Positions 37,532-49,578 of a stretch of DNA of 64,000 nucleotides are shown here, piece after piece. The stretch lies in contig JAUCBJ010006873.1 of assembly GCA_032718475.1 (NCBI GenBank), positions 32,039 to 96,038 of the forward strand, in the 5' to 3' direction. The notes beneath the pieces are model-generated. The model was not told the DNA's origin and did no database searches. It worked only from the letters and a program-made list of their open reading frames with translations. Each line of letters starts with the position of its first letter. Position 1 is the stretch's first letter. The position numbers and the translations under genes are program-made. Source of the DNA: Nemertoderma westbladi (Eukaryota; Animalia; Xenacoelomorpha).

Positions 37532-39512
37532 TAAAACGTCTGTCCTTATCTGATCTGATCTGATCTGACAGCATCTGATCCTATAACCAATCAGGAGAAA
37601 GAGATATAATATTTACCTAACTGCCTGTTAGGTAAATAGCCAATAGCTGAATAGGGGATCACGTTTCACTTGCCTGTTTATGTATCAGTATCATCATGAT
37701 GACATAGCAGTACAGGCATACCGGTATGCATCATAATGCACAAAGGCATATTATTATATATTAAAAATGCGATATAGGATGAAGGATGGCGGGTATGAAA
37801 GTTGTGTGATTGTCCCAGCAAGATGGATAGTTTCAGATGTAAACAACTTTCGTAGATTTAGTTGGTGTTGAAACATTAAACATTTACCGGTATTAAAAAC
37901 AATACAGCCTTTGCTGCAATATTTTCGTAAATCTTTCTTGTTAATAGTTATCATTATTAATAGTAATAAATATAAACTCTCTAAACAATAAAATAATTAT
38001 TATATACCAATAATAATATATAACCCTTCACCCACACACATAATTTAAATAATGTAAATAATGTAGAAACAGATTGACTTAGTTATCATTATTAATAGTT
38101 AAAGTTAATTGTATTAATTATAATATAATATATATAATATTATAATATTATTAATTAAGTAATGATACTTATTAATACATTACATTTAAAATATTTATTG
38201 TTTGTTTGTTACGCTAAACAGCTAAAGGGAAGGCAGGAAGGGGTATCTCTCTAGGCCTACTGTGTAGTGTGTGTAGTGTGTATATGACGAAACACTTAAC
38301 ATGCCCCACATTGCCAGCTGATACAGTGGAGTTTATACTCAGACGATGAAGGAATGTGGGAAGGTGGATGGGAATGTGGGAATTAATAAACGTTGTTGTT
38401 ACCTTCCAATTGAAGGAAAAGAGCAGGTTACAGCGGCTGTAATTTCTAACCAAAACAATAAACGACGTTTTACCTACAAATTGAGGGAAAGGAGCAGGTT
38501 ACCGAGACAGGGTTTTCTAACCAAAACAATAAAGGATTTTGTTACCTACCAATTGAGGGAAAGGAGAATATGTTACCGCGGCGGCTTGTTTACACCCACC
38601 TTCTTACTAACCATCCGACTGACTGATCAATAGATCATCCCCCTCAAAAATAAAGGACATCGCGCACGCGCATATAACACTTACAGTAATAAAGATACAT
38701 TTAATAAAAAATATCGACCAATAAAAAATCGACCAAAAAGTGAAATCCTGGTATTCTTTACATGGGCGAAGAATACCAGACTTTATGCCGTTATATTTCA
38801 CTTTGCAGTTACCCCCATGTGAAGAATACCAGGTTTTCACCAAAAACATAGATTACAGAACGGCTGAATATAACCAAAACAATAAACGAATTAGTATATT
38901 TACAGGTTATAAGACATAAATAAGCTCTATAATACACTCAATAAAGATAAATTAAAAAAGAATTAAAATCTTCACATATAAAATTCCAGTAAAAGTCGAC
39001 TGAAAAGTGAAATCCTGGTATTCTTCACATGGCAGCATGGGCGGTATTCTTCACATGGGCCGGCACCAAAATTTGGCACCAGCCGCTAAAAACAAATTTA
39101 AGACTTCTAGCTTATTTTATTTGAATTCCTTTTAGTTCGTTTCAGTTAGTCTTTTAGTTAGTATCGTTAGTTTCAGAGCGGGAGGTGTTATATAGACACA
39201 CCCCCCCCCCCCCCCGGGTTTAAGGGGAATACCGGGGAAACTTCACATGATGGTCGACATAGGCAGAAAGTACAGTACTCATTTAGCTACCATTTAAGGA
39301 TGCAAGGCAGAGATGCCTCGCTAAACCCTTCGAAACATTCGTGCCGAAACGAAAACTACCTTGGCCCCCCACGCCGGGGTTGAACCCACATCCTCCGTGA
39401 GATGTGAATTCAATATAACCACTACACCACGGTGCGCTCTGAACCAAGGTGGAACAAGTGTCAGATACCGTCAGATCAGATCAGATCAGATCAGATAAGG
39501 ACAGACGTTTTA
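37532..39512. repeat. Pair of ~45-bp inverted repeats containing (ATCTG)n, ~2 kb apart
   Basis: TAAAACGTCTGTCCTTATCTGATCTGATCTGATCTGAC at 37532; reverse complement ends at ~39512. Confidence 0.75.
39274..39440 (-). mobile_element. tRNA-derived SINE with a Nin/Deu-like core, copy 1
   Basis: A box TGGTGTAGTGG, B box GGTTCAACCC, then TCTGCCTTGCATCCTTAAATGGTAGCTAAATGAGTAC. Confidence 0.75.
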
Positions 39513-40311
39513 GCCATCCTACTACTACATTGACACTGACACAGCAGCGCCGTACACCTTATACAGTTGTACTACTATTTATCTGTACGCTATTACAGTA
39601 TCATAATGCAGTAGTGCACTACTGCACTAAACAGCTAAAGTGCATTATAGTCATCATCAGTGCACCACTGCATTAAAGTGCATTTTCATTATTCACCTAT
39701 CATACTAAATAAGTACACCATCTCCCTTAAGTACGGCGGTAATTTGTGGCCATTTATTTTTTTTTGTGATGTAAAATTGTGTTATTTAAATTAATCCATT
39801 CGAAAATAAAATTAATATGATTTAGCATCGGAAAAAGTAATTAATATGTTTTAGCATCGAAAAAAGGAATTAATCTGTTTTAACATCGGAAATAATAATT
39901 AATATATTTTATCATCGAAAAAAGGAATTAATATGTTTTGGTGTTACTAAAACTAGATCTTATTGCTCACAGTAGAAAGGGGTTTAAGTCACACTTGGTG
40001 GGAATGGGAAATCATACCTTTACAGCTTTAGGCCTTGTAGCCAAGCCGGGTGAATAACAACGTGACATACCAAAGTAGTCCCTATACAGCTATATGCTAC
40101 TGCTACATTCTACGTATATGCTATGTACCATAAGAAAGAGGAGGAAATTCTCTATCTAATGGATCAATAAACGTTTTGCGACTTTTGCAAACGAGTTTTG
40201 CAACTTACGTCCTTGGGACTATCACAAAGACTTTCATTAATACTGAATAACTAATGGAAGTTACTGGTCGTCTGCCTCCCCCAGTATAGAACATGCAATC
40301 ATTGAATGGGA

Positions 40312-40768
40312 CAGTGGCGCAGCCATAGGGGGGGGGGGGGGGGGGGGGGGGGGACACGTCCCTCCCACTTTTCAGTTAGGGGGGGGGGGGGGGGGGGGCA
40401 CCATATCATATGTCCCCGGCACTTTTTACACTTTGTATTCAATTTAAAATTCAAATAATCATGACAAACTCTGATCGGGTATTACACTATAACTATTAAC
40501 TCCTACGTACATTTCAATGCCTCCCAACCTTGTCACATATTTCTAAACACATGAACTGTTTTTGCACTGACAATATACAGTAAGTCACTTGATAATATAA
40601 GGTGTATTTCCATACCTAACCCCAAATTATCTTCATATATTGTTTTGGTTAGAAAATTCATGCAATCTCATTAAGATTTGTAAAAAAAATTTTGTGGGGG
40701 GTTATGCCGGACCTAAAATTATTTTATCGTCCCCCCCCCCCACTTTTGGGAACGTGGCTGCGCCCCTG
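40312..40768. mobile_element. hAT MITE with an 8-bp TSD
   Basis: CAGTGGCGCAGCCA...TGGCTGCGCCCCTG; TSD GAATGGGA at 40304-40311 and 40769-40776. Confidence 0.9.
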
Positions 40769-40892
40769 GAATGGGACGTAAAAGTAAGAAAAGTAAATTT
40801 TCTTCGTCCGCTAGGCCAGGGATTACGCACAAAGTCTGACGACTTATTTCCAGTGCGGTTCCCCCAGAACTTTACTCCTCAGAGGAAACTCC

Positions 40893-41060
40893 AGTACTCA
40901 TTTAGCTACCACTTAAGGATGCAAGGCAGAGATGCGCCCTGGCTGGTCCCTTTAAAGCATTCGTGCCGAAACGAAAACTGCCCTGGCTCATGTAAGGATC
41001 GAACCCACGACCTACAGGAGATGTGAATTCAATGAAACCACTACACAAAGGCGGAACCTT
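40893..41060 (-). mobile_element. tRNA-derived SINE, copy 2
   Basis: Colinear with 39274-39440; B box GGTTCGATCC. Confidence 0.75.
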
Positions 41061-42557
41061 GGACAAGTGGTAGGTTATGTCGGTACAGAAACTCACGACG
41101 ATTTAGTAAGGGATTTAGCAGAAACCAATGAGCAATAAGATCTATTTTTAGCAACACCAAAACAATATTAAATCCTTTTTTCGATGATAAAACATATCAA
41201 TTTCATTTTCGAATAGATTAATTTCAAGAACACTATTTTAAATCACAAAAAAAATTATTGGCCACAAATCGCCACCGTACTTACCTAGCAAAGACACATC
41301 CGGCCAATATCCGGATAATATCCAGCTAAACCCCGCTAGCTTGGTTTTTTGCGTAATATCCGGGAACGAGTTTGCAAAAAAGGAATAGAAAGACAAAATA
41401 GAAATAAATAAGTAATTTTATCAATACCAAAAGGTGTTGATACGGCTTGGGTTCCAGGAACTCCTCATATCTCGAAAACTACAGGATCTTTAAATTTTTA
41501 TTTGTCTCATCTGAAGGAGGACATAATTTTAGCTAGGGACAAGGTCGTATCTATAGTAGGTCATGCCCCCCCCCCCCCCCCCCCCCCCAAGTTTCCCACT
41601 CGCCACCGTTTCTCTTGGAAGTTCTACAGCTACCAACCAGCTACCTAACAGTAGCCCTACTTCTAGTTCAGTGGGTATTTCACGGGGTTTACTAGCACCA
41701 GAAGGAGATTCATTATGCAAAATGCATCATGTAAATACTGTACATAGAGTAATACTACTCGACACGAGTCGACTCGCGAAGTTGTGAGGCTACCGAGAAG
41801 TGCTCCACTCCTTTTCCCAAATCCCAAATTATTATTATGAATAATTCGATTAAATTACATAACCAAATATTCAATCAGAGTCAATTTCTACAGTAGTTAC
41901 AGTAGTTCATATCCGTACCTGTAGTACAGTATTTCCATTGCAAAAATAAGACTAACGACTAAACCTATGTTATTGAGTTATCGTTTATTGTTTTGGTTAG
42001 AAAATCCCGCCACTGTGACCTGCTCCGTTCCGTTAATTGAGAAATCTAGTTTTGTTTATTGTTTTGGTTAGAAAACACCGCCACTTGTAACACAGGTACG
42101 TATATGAGCGGATTCCATGATTACAACATCAATTACAATACATAATCACTTACATACAGTACTTAACAGTCTGACCGAAGGGCAAGTCGACCTTTACTAG
42201 GCGACATTTTAGATAGATACACACCAAAACTCAAAATACGCACCCCGTCTAATACTAAACTGCTAGACGGGTTCATCTTTTACCCTTTGCTTATAGGGCT
42301 GTAGGGCCTATTGATAAACGAAGAAACTACCGTTCTATTGGTCGCTATGCTTTTAGGCCTATGCTAACTTTGCAGTTTTCTAGGCAGCAACTGCAAGGCC
42401 TGTGAGTAAAGGTTGCTTGCCGTAGGGCCGCTACTACTACAATACAGATCAACGATTACTGGAATAACTTCATTCAGTCAGTGTAATTAATAAAATATCA
42501 TCATACAGCTGTAACTACCCGACAGCAAATAGCTGATTGTCGACTTGGGGCGCGAAG

Positions 42558-43502
42558 ATGGCGAGTGATGCTGTTATATCCACAAATGAGGAATCCCTTT
42601 CCTGTAAGCAATGGGCCATCTCAAAAGGCTATTGGACGGACCCGTACGTAAAACTCTTCTTAAAGAGTCAACCGAGACCCAGGCCACCCGAGATAAACAA
42701 GGGAGTGTACGCGCGAGCCAAAGTTATCGAAAACCTAACAGTACGATTTCTAGAGCAACGCACCGACGCAACTTGTCAAATTGTTAATTTAGGCGCGGGA
42801 TTCGAAACCTTGTACTGGAAAATACGACAGATAGGACTGCGACCCAAACAATTCATCGATTTAGACATGCCGCGTGTTACTCAAGTTAAGTCACACATAG
42901 TTCGAAAAAAATCCGAATTATATTCTATAGTTGAACCAGAAACCCAACCAAATGATAATAAACAACTCCACAGTAGAGACTATCACATCGTGTCTGCCGA
43001 TCTTCAGAAAGTCTCACATGTCGAGACTGTTTTGAATTTATGCGGCGTTGATTTTGACGCTCCTACTTGTTTTATCGCCGAGTGCGTGCTGGTCTATCTC
43101 TCGCAGAGTGGATGCCGCCAACTACTCCAGTGGATTGCCGATCGTTTTTCCAACGCCACGTTAATTCTTTACGAACAGGTAAACATGTCTGACGCATTCG
43201 GCAGCACGATGCTGTACAACCTCGCACAGAGAGGCATCGAGGTTCCTGGGATAGCGGATTGCGAGAGTCTCGAGTCGCAAACCGTTAGGTTTACCACTAC
43301 CGGTTGGGTTCGTTGTCGTCTACTTTCTATGCTCGACGCTTACCGGACGTGTTTCCCCGCAGAGGAAATCTCTCGGATCGAAAGTCTGGAGAGATTGGAT
43401 GAACGCGAACCTTTTGAACAGTTGCTAAGTCATTATTGCATCGCAACCGCTAGTAATAAAGCTGATAATGACTTCCAATTGTTGTGGTTCAAAGATACAT
43501 GA
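42558..43502 (+). CDS. LCMT1: Leucine carboxyl methyltransferase 1 (PP2A methyltransferase), intronless, 314 aa
   Basis: TNEES..CK..A..KGYW.DPY, PPEINKG.YAR, QIVNLGAGFETLYW, PTCFIAECVLVYL, YEQVNMSDAFG, LE.LDE.E..QLL.HYC; ATG at 42558; AATAAA right after the stop. Confidence 0.93.
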   Translation: MASDAVISTNEESLSCKQWAISKGYWTDPYVKLFLKSQPRPRPPEINKGVYARAKVIENLTVRFLEQRTDATCQIVNLGAGFETLYWKIRQIGLRPKQFIDLDMPRVTQVKSHIVRKKSELYSIVEPETQPNDNKQLHSRDYHIVSADLQKVSHVETVLNLCGVDFDAPTCFIAECVLVYLSQSGCRQLLQWIADRFSNATLILYEQVNMSDAFGSTMLYNLAQRGIEVPGIADCESLESQTVRFTTTGWVRCRLLSMLDAYRTCFPAEEISRIESLERLDEREPFEQLLSHYCIATASNKADNDFQLLWFKDT

Positions 43503-44049
43503 AATAAATAAAAGCAATTTAATTTGACCTATTTGGTTATTCAATTTAGTTTTGCAATGTATTTATTATATTTATAAAATTCAGATTTATAAACTAACGG
43601 GAATATTGAATTGTTTAATCTTTTATTCTAAAATTGTAACAAGACTTATAACGCAACGCCCCTAGTAATAAGATAAGGATGATAAGCAAATTGCTTTACA
43701 GTTTTAGGATCCTCTCGTATTCTTTATTTTAAATTCACTCACTACGTTATACGCAAGTAGGTAGATAGTTAAGTTATAATATAAATTTTACATTTTACCC
43801 CTAGTTTACTTTTTTACATTTATATTTTATTTATACTGTAATTATTTTCGGTAACCTTATCACCATAAATTATAATATCATTGAAAACTAAATGTTAAGC
43901 TAAAACTAAATGTGAAGTTCTACATTTTTTGTCATGCAAGGAGAAATACAGTAACATTTCATAAATAGTAACACTTTTGATACAATGATTTTTTTAAAGT
44001 AACCCACTGTTGAATTTGATTTATGAACTGTGTTTCTGAAATTTTCAGA

Positions 44050-44140
44050 TAGGGGGAAACTGGACGCAATAAAAATTCATCCCTCTCCAGGGTAAATTGG
44101 ACGCAAATAACAGATGATTACTTTGCGTCCAGTCCCCCCT
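44050..44140. mobile_element. Miniature TIR element (~90 bp)
   Basis: AGGGGGAAACTGGACGCAA ... TTGCGTCCAGTCCCCCCT. Confidence 0.55.
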
Positions 44141-45384
44141 CCCCCCTGTCTCAAAACTTTATACTTAAAATTTCGGTTTTCAAACGTCTTTACTGATAAA
44201 GTTTTACACAATTAATTATGGTTATAGTGGCTTGGAAGGACCGAAGCGTGCAGTGTTGTGCACAATTATTAATCGAGTTAAAACCTGGTTGTGGTGTAAA
44301 TTTCTCTTATTTTCTCAACTCAGAATTATTGTTATTGTTGAATATTCAACGAAGTGAAGTCTACCAAGTTGTTTAAAACAAAAAGAGTAAAGGAATATAC
44401 TGACATCCTTCGGTTTTCTAGGTTAGACCTGTATCCAGCCGATATGTCTCTCATGGGGTGATTGTCTCCCCATACATCGCCACGAGTACACCATCTTCCA
44501 CAATATAGTGACGTCATTCAGGTACGGCCCAAAAAAATACGTTCAAAAGTGCACGTTAAAATTTTATTGTGGGACTGGCATGAATGAATGGCGTACTTGG
44601 AATATTCTATGGAAAACACTATTAAACACTGACTAATCTGTTATGGATTCGTTAATACAATAAAATAAAACAATAGTACGGCCTTAGATCGCTTTATTAG
44701 AGCCTATAGGCCTACTGTGTTATATGTCTAGCATATACAGATATATACCAAATAATATTTAAATAAGAAATAATAACACACTTTGGGACTCTTTCACACA
44801 ACAGGCACCACTTTTTATATGGAAAACATACAGCTCGTTATTTTACTTGGCTTACTTAATGGCTTGGTTTTTTTTTCACGGTTCCACGAGAACATTGGAA
44901 AAGTGGCGCCTCTAGAGTAATATCCCCGGTGAGGTTCCTATTTTCGATCCAGCTGTCCAGTGTAGTTAAGTAGTTCCCTTCGCTTTGTGCTATGCCTATT
45001 GCTGTGCAGTGCATGATATTATATGCCTGCCTATTATAGCCAGATAGCCCTGTAGCCTGATAGCAGGCTATCTATAATACCATAGTAATATATACAGATA
45101 TAATACCATATATATAATACCCAAAGATGTATGCCAACGAACGGTCCGGATGTAAACTTGTATAACAACGAACGATATTTACAGTTTGACAGTAGTAGGT
45201 CTACCGGTATATCCGTAATCCTGCAATCAGCACAGTAAATTATATTTATCAATATGCAATACAGCAGTAAGTACTGAAGTAGAACATATCCACTGATTTA
45301 ATAAACAAATATGAAATAGGTTTGAGTTGAGCCATTTCAGCATTTGACAATAATTATTGAATCACTAATCCTGTAATTTAATAC

Positions 45385-45756
45385 TTATCGCGATTGCTGT
45401 CGCGTGGCAACCAGTTCTCTTAGGTTTTCCTGTGCAGTCTTCATTTCGTTTTGTAAATATTTCTTTTTGTCTTCAAATGAACGGATTTTTGAGTCATCCT
45501 CGTGTATAGTTTTTTCAAAATTCGCGAAAACACTTTTGATGTCCTGTAAAACAAACATTCGACCAACGCCTTCGTAAGTTGGAGTACCGTTAGGTAAGTT
45601 TTGCAATTCCTTTATTGTCAAATTACTGTGTTTTATTTTCCTCTGAAGCGCTTCGATTTTAGAGTCGGCTAATTTGATCTCTTGCATGGTATTCATTGTT
45701 TTAATTTGCAAATCTTGGAACGCCTTCTTTAGATCCTGGTCAAGATCTGAAGCCAT
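45385..45756 (-). CDS. PFDN1: Prefoldin subunit 1, intronless, 123 aa
   Basis: DLKKAFQDLQ.K...T.Q..KLAD..I..L.R..KH..LT..E...LP..T..YEGVGRMFVLQ...KKYL......NLREL. Confidence 0.92.
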   Translation of the reverse strand: MASDLDQDLKKAFQDLQIKTMNTMQEIKLADSKIEALQRKIKHSNLTIKELQNLPNGTPTYEGVGRMFVLQDIKSVFANFEKTIHEDDSKIRSFEDKKKYLQNEMKTAQENLRELVATRQQSR

Positions 45757-45860
45757 TATCAATTATTTCAATAAACAATTGCTGAATTGAAATCTGCAAT
45801 TACAGAACAGCAGTAACAGTACCGGTACTGCGGTGTACTGAAGTACAGTATTATGGTAAA

Positions 45861-46407
45861 ACGAACTTAGATCCCAGGAGGGCCTGAGTTTGATGAACTT
45901 AGATCTTTGTGAACTTACGTCCTATAGGCCTATATGCGAACATAGATCCTAACTGGGTGAACTTAGATCCTAACTAGTGTAGGTGAACTTAGATCCTACC
46001 TAGGTGAACTTAGATCCTACCGATAGTAGGTGAACTTATAGATTCCACTTCATGCTATTAAAAGCCTTTGGTAATCATCATGCAAGTCGCGAAGCGAACT
46101 TAGATCCCACTTTGAAAGTAAGCGAACTTAGAGAAGCGAACTTAGATCCTACGTTTACTGTGCTTTGGCCGCGTTCTATACTATCGATACTATAGTATAT
46201 TGTGTAAGGTGGGGATCTAAGTTCGTACTGTATGGGTAGGATCTAAGTTCGTATGTTGAGGATCTAAGTTCGTATGGAAAGGATCTAAGTTCGTATGGAA
46301 AGGATCTAAGTTCGTATGGAAAGGATCTAAGTTCTTATGGGTAGGATCTATGTTCACCCAAGATCTAAGTTCGTTCAGGATCTAAGGTGCTCAAGGATCT
46401 AAGGCCG
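45861..46407. mobile_element. Foldback-type element built from GAACTTAGATCC modules
   Basis: About 10 direct copies at 45861-46150, then about 10 inverted GGATCTAAGTTC copies at 46213-46400. Confidence 0.8.
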
Positions 46408-46621
46408 GGGGGGATCCTTTAATATGATGGTGACGGATGTATGCTGGCATGGTTTTATGACACTATGAATGAGAGTAGAAGGCTTACCCTACCCCACCAT
46501 GGAATACTAAATTAATTCAGTAGAGGTAAAATCTCTGTTAAAAATAGGGAAATTGATAAAAATATGGAACTCTTAGTAAGAAGTTTTGTCATTGGTCGGT
46601 TAGTCATGAGTAACGTAAGCA

Positions 46622-47276
46622 GTTACCTAGCAACATGGAAATTTGGGGCAATATTATTGGTTTATTTGGATATTTTCCTGAATATAACCATTTATTACAG
46701 GCGCCAGCCTATGACCCCGTAGGTATTTTATATATGACTGAAGCGCTACCCTACATGATGTTTAGTACAGATATGGGAGATTTAAAGAAATTTAGGTAGA
46801 CTTCACCAAAATGGTTGCGCTTGTATTTTAGGGGGTTTGAAACATAGCAACGGAGAAAATTGCCAGAGCAACATTATACTGTAGTCATATATGACGAGTT
46901 AAAATTTATGAAAGATCACTATTTGGGATATTAAGAATTTAATGGCATGTTTAGTTTTTTGAAAATACCATAGCATCCAGTGAAAACGACCTTCAAAGTT
47001 AGCAGTATTGACCATGTCCTTAGCAACGGGCTTTAAACGGGTGTAATGCATTTGCAGAAGTCGTAGCGTCATCGGATCAGAGTCTACCACCAATATATCA
47101 AGTCTAAGGAACAATATGCACTACTTGCTTGCTTGCAGTTGCCATGGCAACGGGTAACTTTGGCTAGAAACGGGCTATATATTAGCCGTAGCGTCATTAA
47201 ATCAATCTCCACTCTCACCATATCGAGTATAAGGAAATATATGCAATATGTTTCAGTTTCTAGATGCCATGGCAAC
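46622..47276. promoter_or_regulatory. Cluster of RFX X-box-like motifs within degenerate ~127-bp repeats (likely TE-borne)
   Basis: Perfect GTTGCCATGGCAAC at 47138-47151; GTTACCTAGCAAC at 46622; GATGCCATGGCAAC at 47263. Confidence 0.4.
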
Positions 47277-48289
47277 TTGTCAGAATTGTTAACAAAGTGT
47301 TTTTCATATCACTTTACTTTTTTGACTACATAAAAGAGCGCATAAGTGACGTTTACATGATAACGTATATTTAAGAGATGTTACATTTTTCATCACTTAC
47401 AGTAATACCCTATAACATTCTTAAGTAAATGAAATTACATTGTGTTAAGAATTGTAATTACGACATTAATCAGTGCACATAACACCGTTAGGCCTTCAAG
47501 AACAAGAACAGTGCGCAATTTGTGGAAATTTTGGACATTACAAGGGTCCACAATTTCTTAAATTAGAGCCTTATGACTTAGGGTTAGGGCCATATGACAG
47601 TTTTAATTAGGGTTTGGGCCTGACCAATTAACCCCTTTTCCATAACTTATAATAATGCGTTAAAATAAAACCAAAAGATATAAAATTCCGGGACGAATAG
47701 TCCGGGATAAAAAGTCTGAACGAAATATTCGATTATCTCAAAATCCGTCTTCAATAAAGTGATGATAAATTCAAGGTGTTGCACCTTTGATTGCCTGTAA
47801 ATATGACGAACTGAAAGTAGGCGACCCAATCACCGATCAAACACAGTAAGCAGGAAAATGAATAGCCAATAGAAAAATACGTAATTGGGTGATGTATCGG
47901 GACTGCCTTGCTGAAGAGGTCCATTGGATTGCACCTCAATGCACGATAATATTAATATATTGCTCAGCACACCTGATTTTCTAACATTATTTCAAAATAT
48001 TTCATTGATAGTGTAAGTAGTACATAGCATACGACTTTTAGGGCTACTGGGCCTACAGTAGGAGGGGGGTTTCCGTTTAATCCGGTGGAAACTCAATAGA
48101 GTGCAAATGTGGGGGGGGGGGGGGGCATCAGCTGTTGTACCGGGTATTCGAAAGGCGGAAACGAACTCCTCTAAATTGACAGTTAAATAAAATAATTAAA
48201 CAATTCAAATTCACAAACTACACTGTAGGCCTAACCTACAACGCTGAGATAAGTTCAGTATCCCTTTCAAGGTGGTATATGTTATACCT

Positions 48290-48935
48290 GGTCGTCCACG
48301 ACTACGCTTTCCTTGTGTTGGTTGCCAGAAAATTAGACTGGTATGACCTCATGTTTACTTCTCCACTCCAGCAGTACCTCACTGAATCATAATCTGCGTT
48401 CACGGAGGGTGGTTGATACAGGTGGTATTTTGTACCATAAAGCTCGATGTTTGTCATGCGTTGGTGTCTCTCCAGCTGATATGTTTAGGGCTGCCCTTTT
48501 GGTTGTCTTGTGTAGCAACCATCAATTCGTTGTTCAAGTGATTTAGTCAGTGTCCAGGTCTCACCCCCGTATAAAAGTACACTTTCCACTGTGGCTCGAA
48601 AGAACTTGGTCTTCAGGTGCCTGGAGAGATCTGATTTCCAGATGGTATCCATTTTTGATAGAGCTACCCAAGCCTTTGCTTTCCTAACTTCTATGTCCTT
48701 TTTGCTACTCTCTATCCATGATCCAAGGTACTGGAAGTCATCGACCTTCCTTAGTTGATTATTATCAATGGTTGTCAAGTTTCCATTAAAAGTCATGAAT
48801 TCGTTCTTGGTAGCATTTATATGCAACCCGAACCCAACCTCCTTAGCAGCCCTCTCCACTTTATTTAGTAGAAGCTGCGCATCTGCTAGAGTATTAGAGA
48901 GCAGGGCGATATCATCTGCAAAGTCGGTGTCTGTA
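48290..48935 (-). mobile_element. RTE-type LINE RT fragment, family A
   Basis: DTDFADDIALL, GLHINATK, FQYLGSWI, TVESVLLYGGETWTLT. Confidence 0.88.
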
Positions 48936-49578
48936 CCGGTACTGTAGTTACAATAATTACACAAAATAGACAAGTCATTCTCAGTGGCATGGCCTGCATT
49001 AAAGGACGCCTTGGAATTACCTGTAGGCCTACAGTTTTTAGTTGGGATGACATAAAAAGTATCTTAATAACCATTTCCAAGGCAAAATTTACGATTAATA
49101 AGGCTGCTATGGTAACTAATCTTCAAGAAATGTTATTCAAAATATCACACAGTCTTGACAATAAGTTTCGTAGGTGCAGTTATCTAAAATATCACTGTGA
49201 ATGCCGGTTGCTATGCAAACTAATGTTAAGCCCTCTCTAGAAGATATTCCCCAAGGGTGCCCAAGTGGCACCCGACCTGGTTATTCACAGTCAGACTGAA
49301 GTTTAAGTAAATAAAAATGTGTGACGCCGGCAATTTTCATTTTTGATAGAGATACTGTACCTACATTTTCAATTTCGCTTGTTTCGCTTTCTTATTTCTT
49401 AATTGTTTGTAGCTCTTCTTTTCACTGGTGCCCACTTCTCCATTTTGTGTAATTGATGACGATGATCTCATAAATACCGTAGGCAGCGCGACGTCTCCCC
49501 TCTCTTGGATGTTGCATCTAAGCTATATTTTCCTTGAGGTTGGAACAATGTGATAACGAGCTACTCTATCTGGTCGAA

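Larger units (their letters stand above)
39731..41280. mobile_element. Non-autonomous element with long (~150-240 bp) imperfect TIRs, hosting a hAT MITE and a SINE
   Basis: TAAGTACGGCGGTAATTTGTGGCCA...AGATCTTATTGCTCA versus TGAGCAATAAGATCT...TGGCCACAAATCGCCACCGTACTTA. Confidence 0.75.

Noticed and set aside
39360-39440. Functional tRNA genes (also 9271-9334 and 40990-41060)
   Set aside because: No complete cloverleaf; two of the three continue into a SINE body
42558-45756. Bacterial origin or HGT of the intronless genes
   Set aside because: LCMT1 and PFDN1 are eukaryote-type proteins, and LCMT1 has a polyadenylation signal
47578-47620. Interstitial telomeric TTAGGG
   Set aside because: Only 2-3 units, typical of repeat remnants
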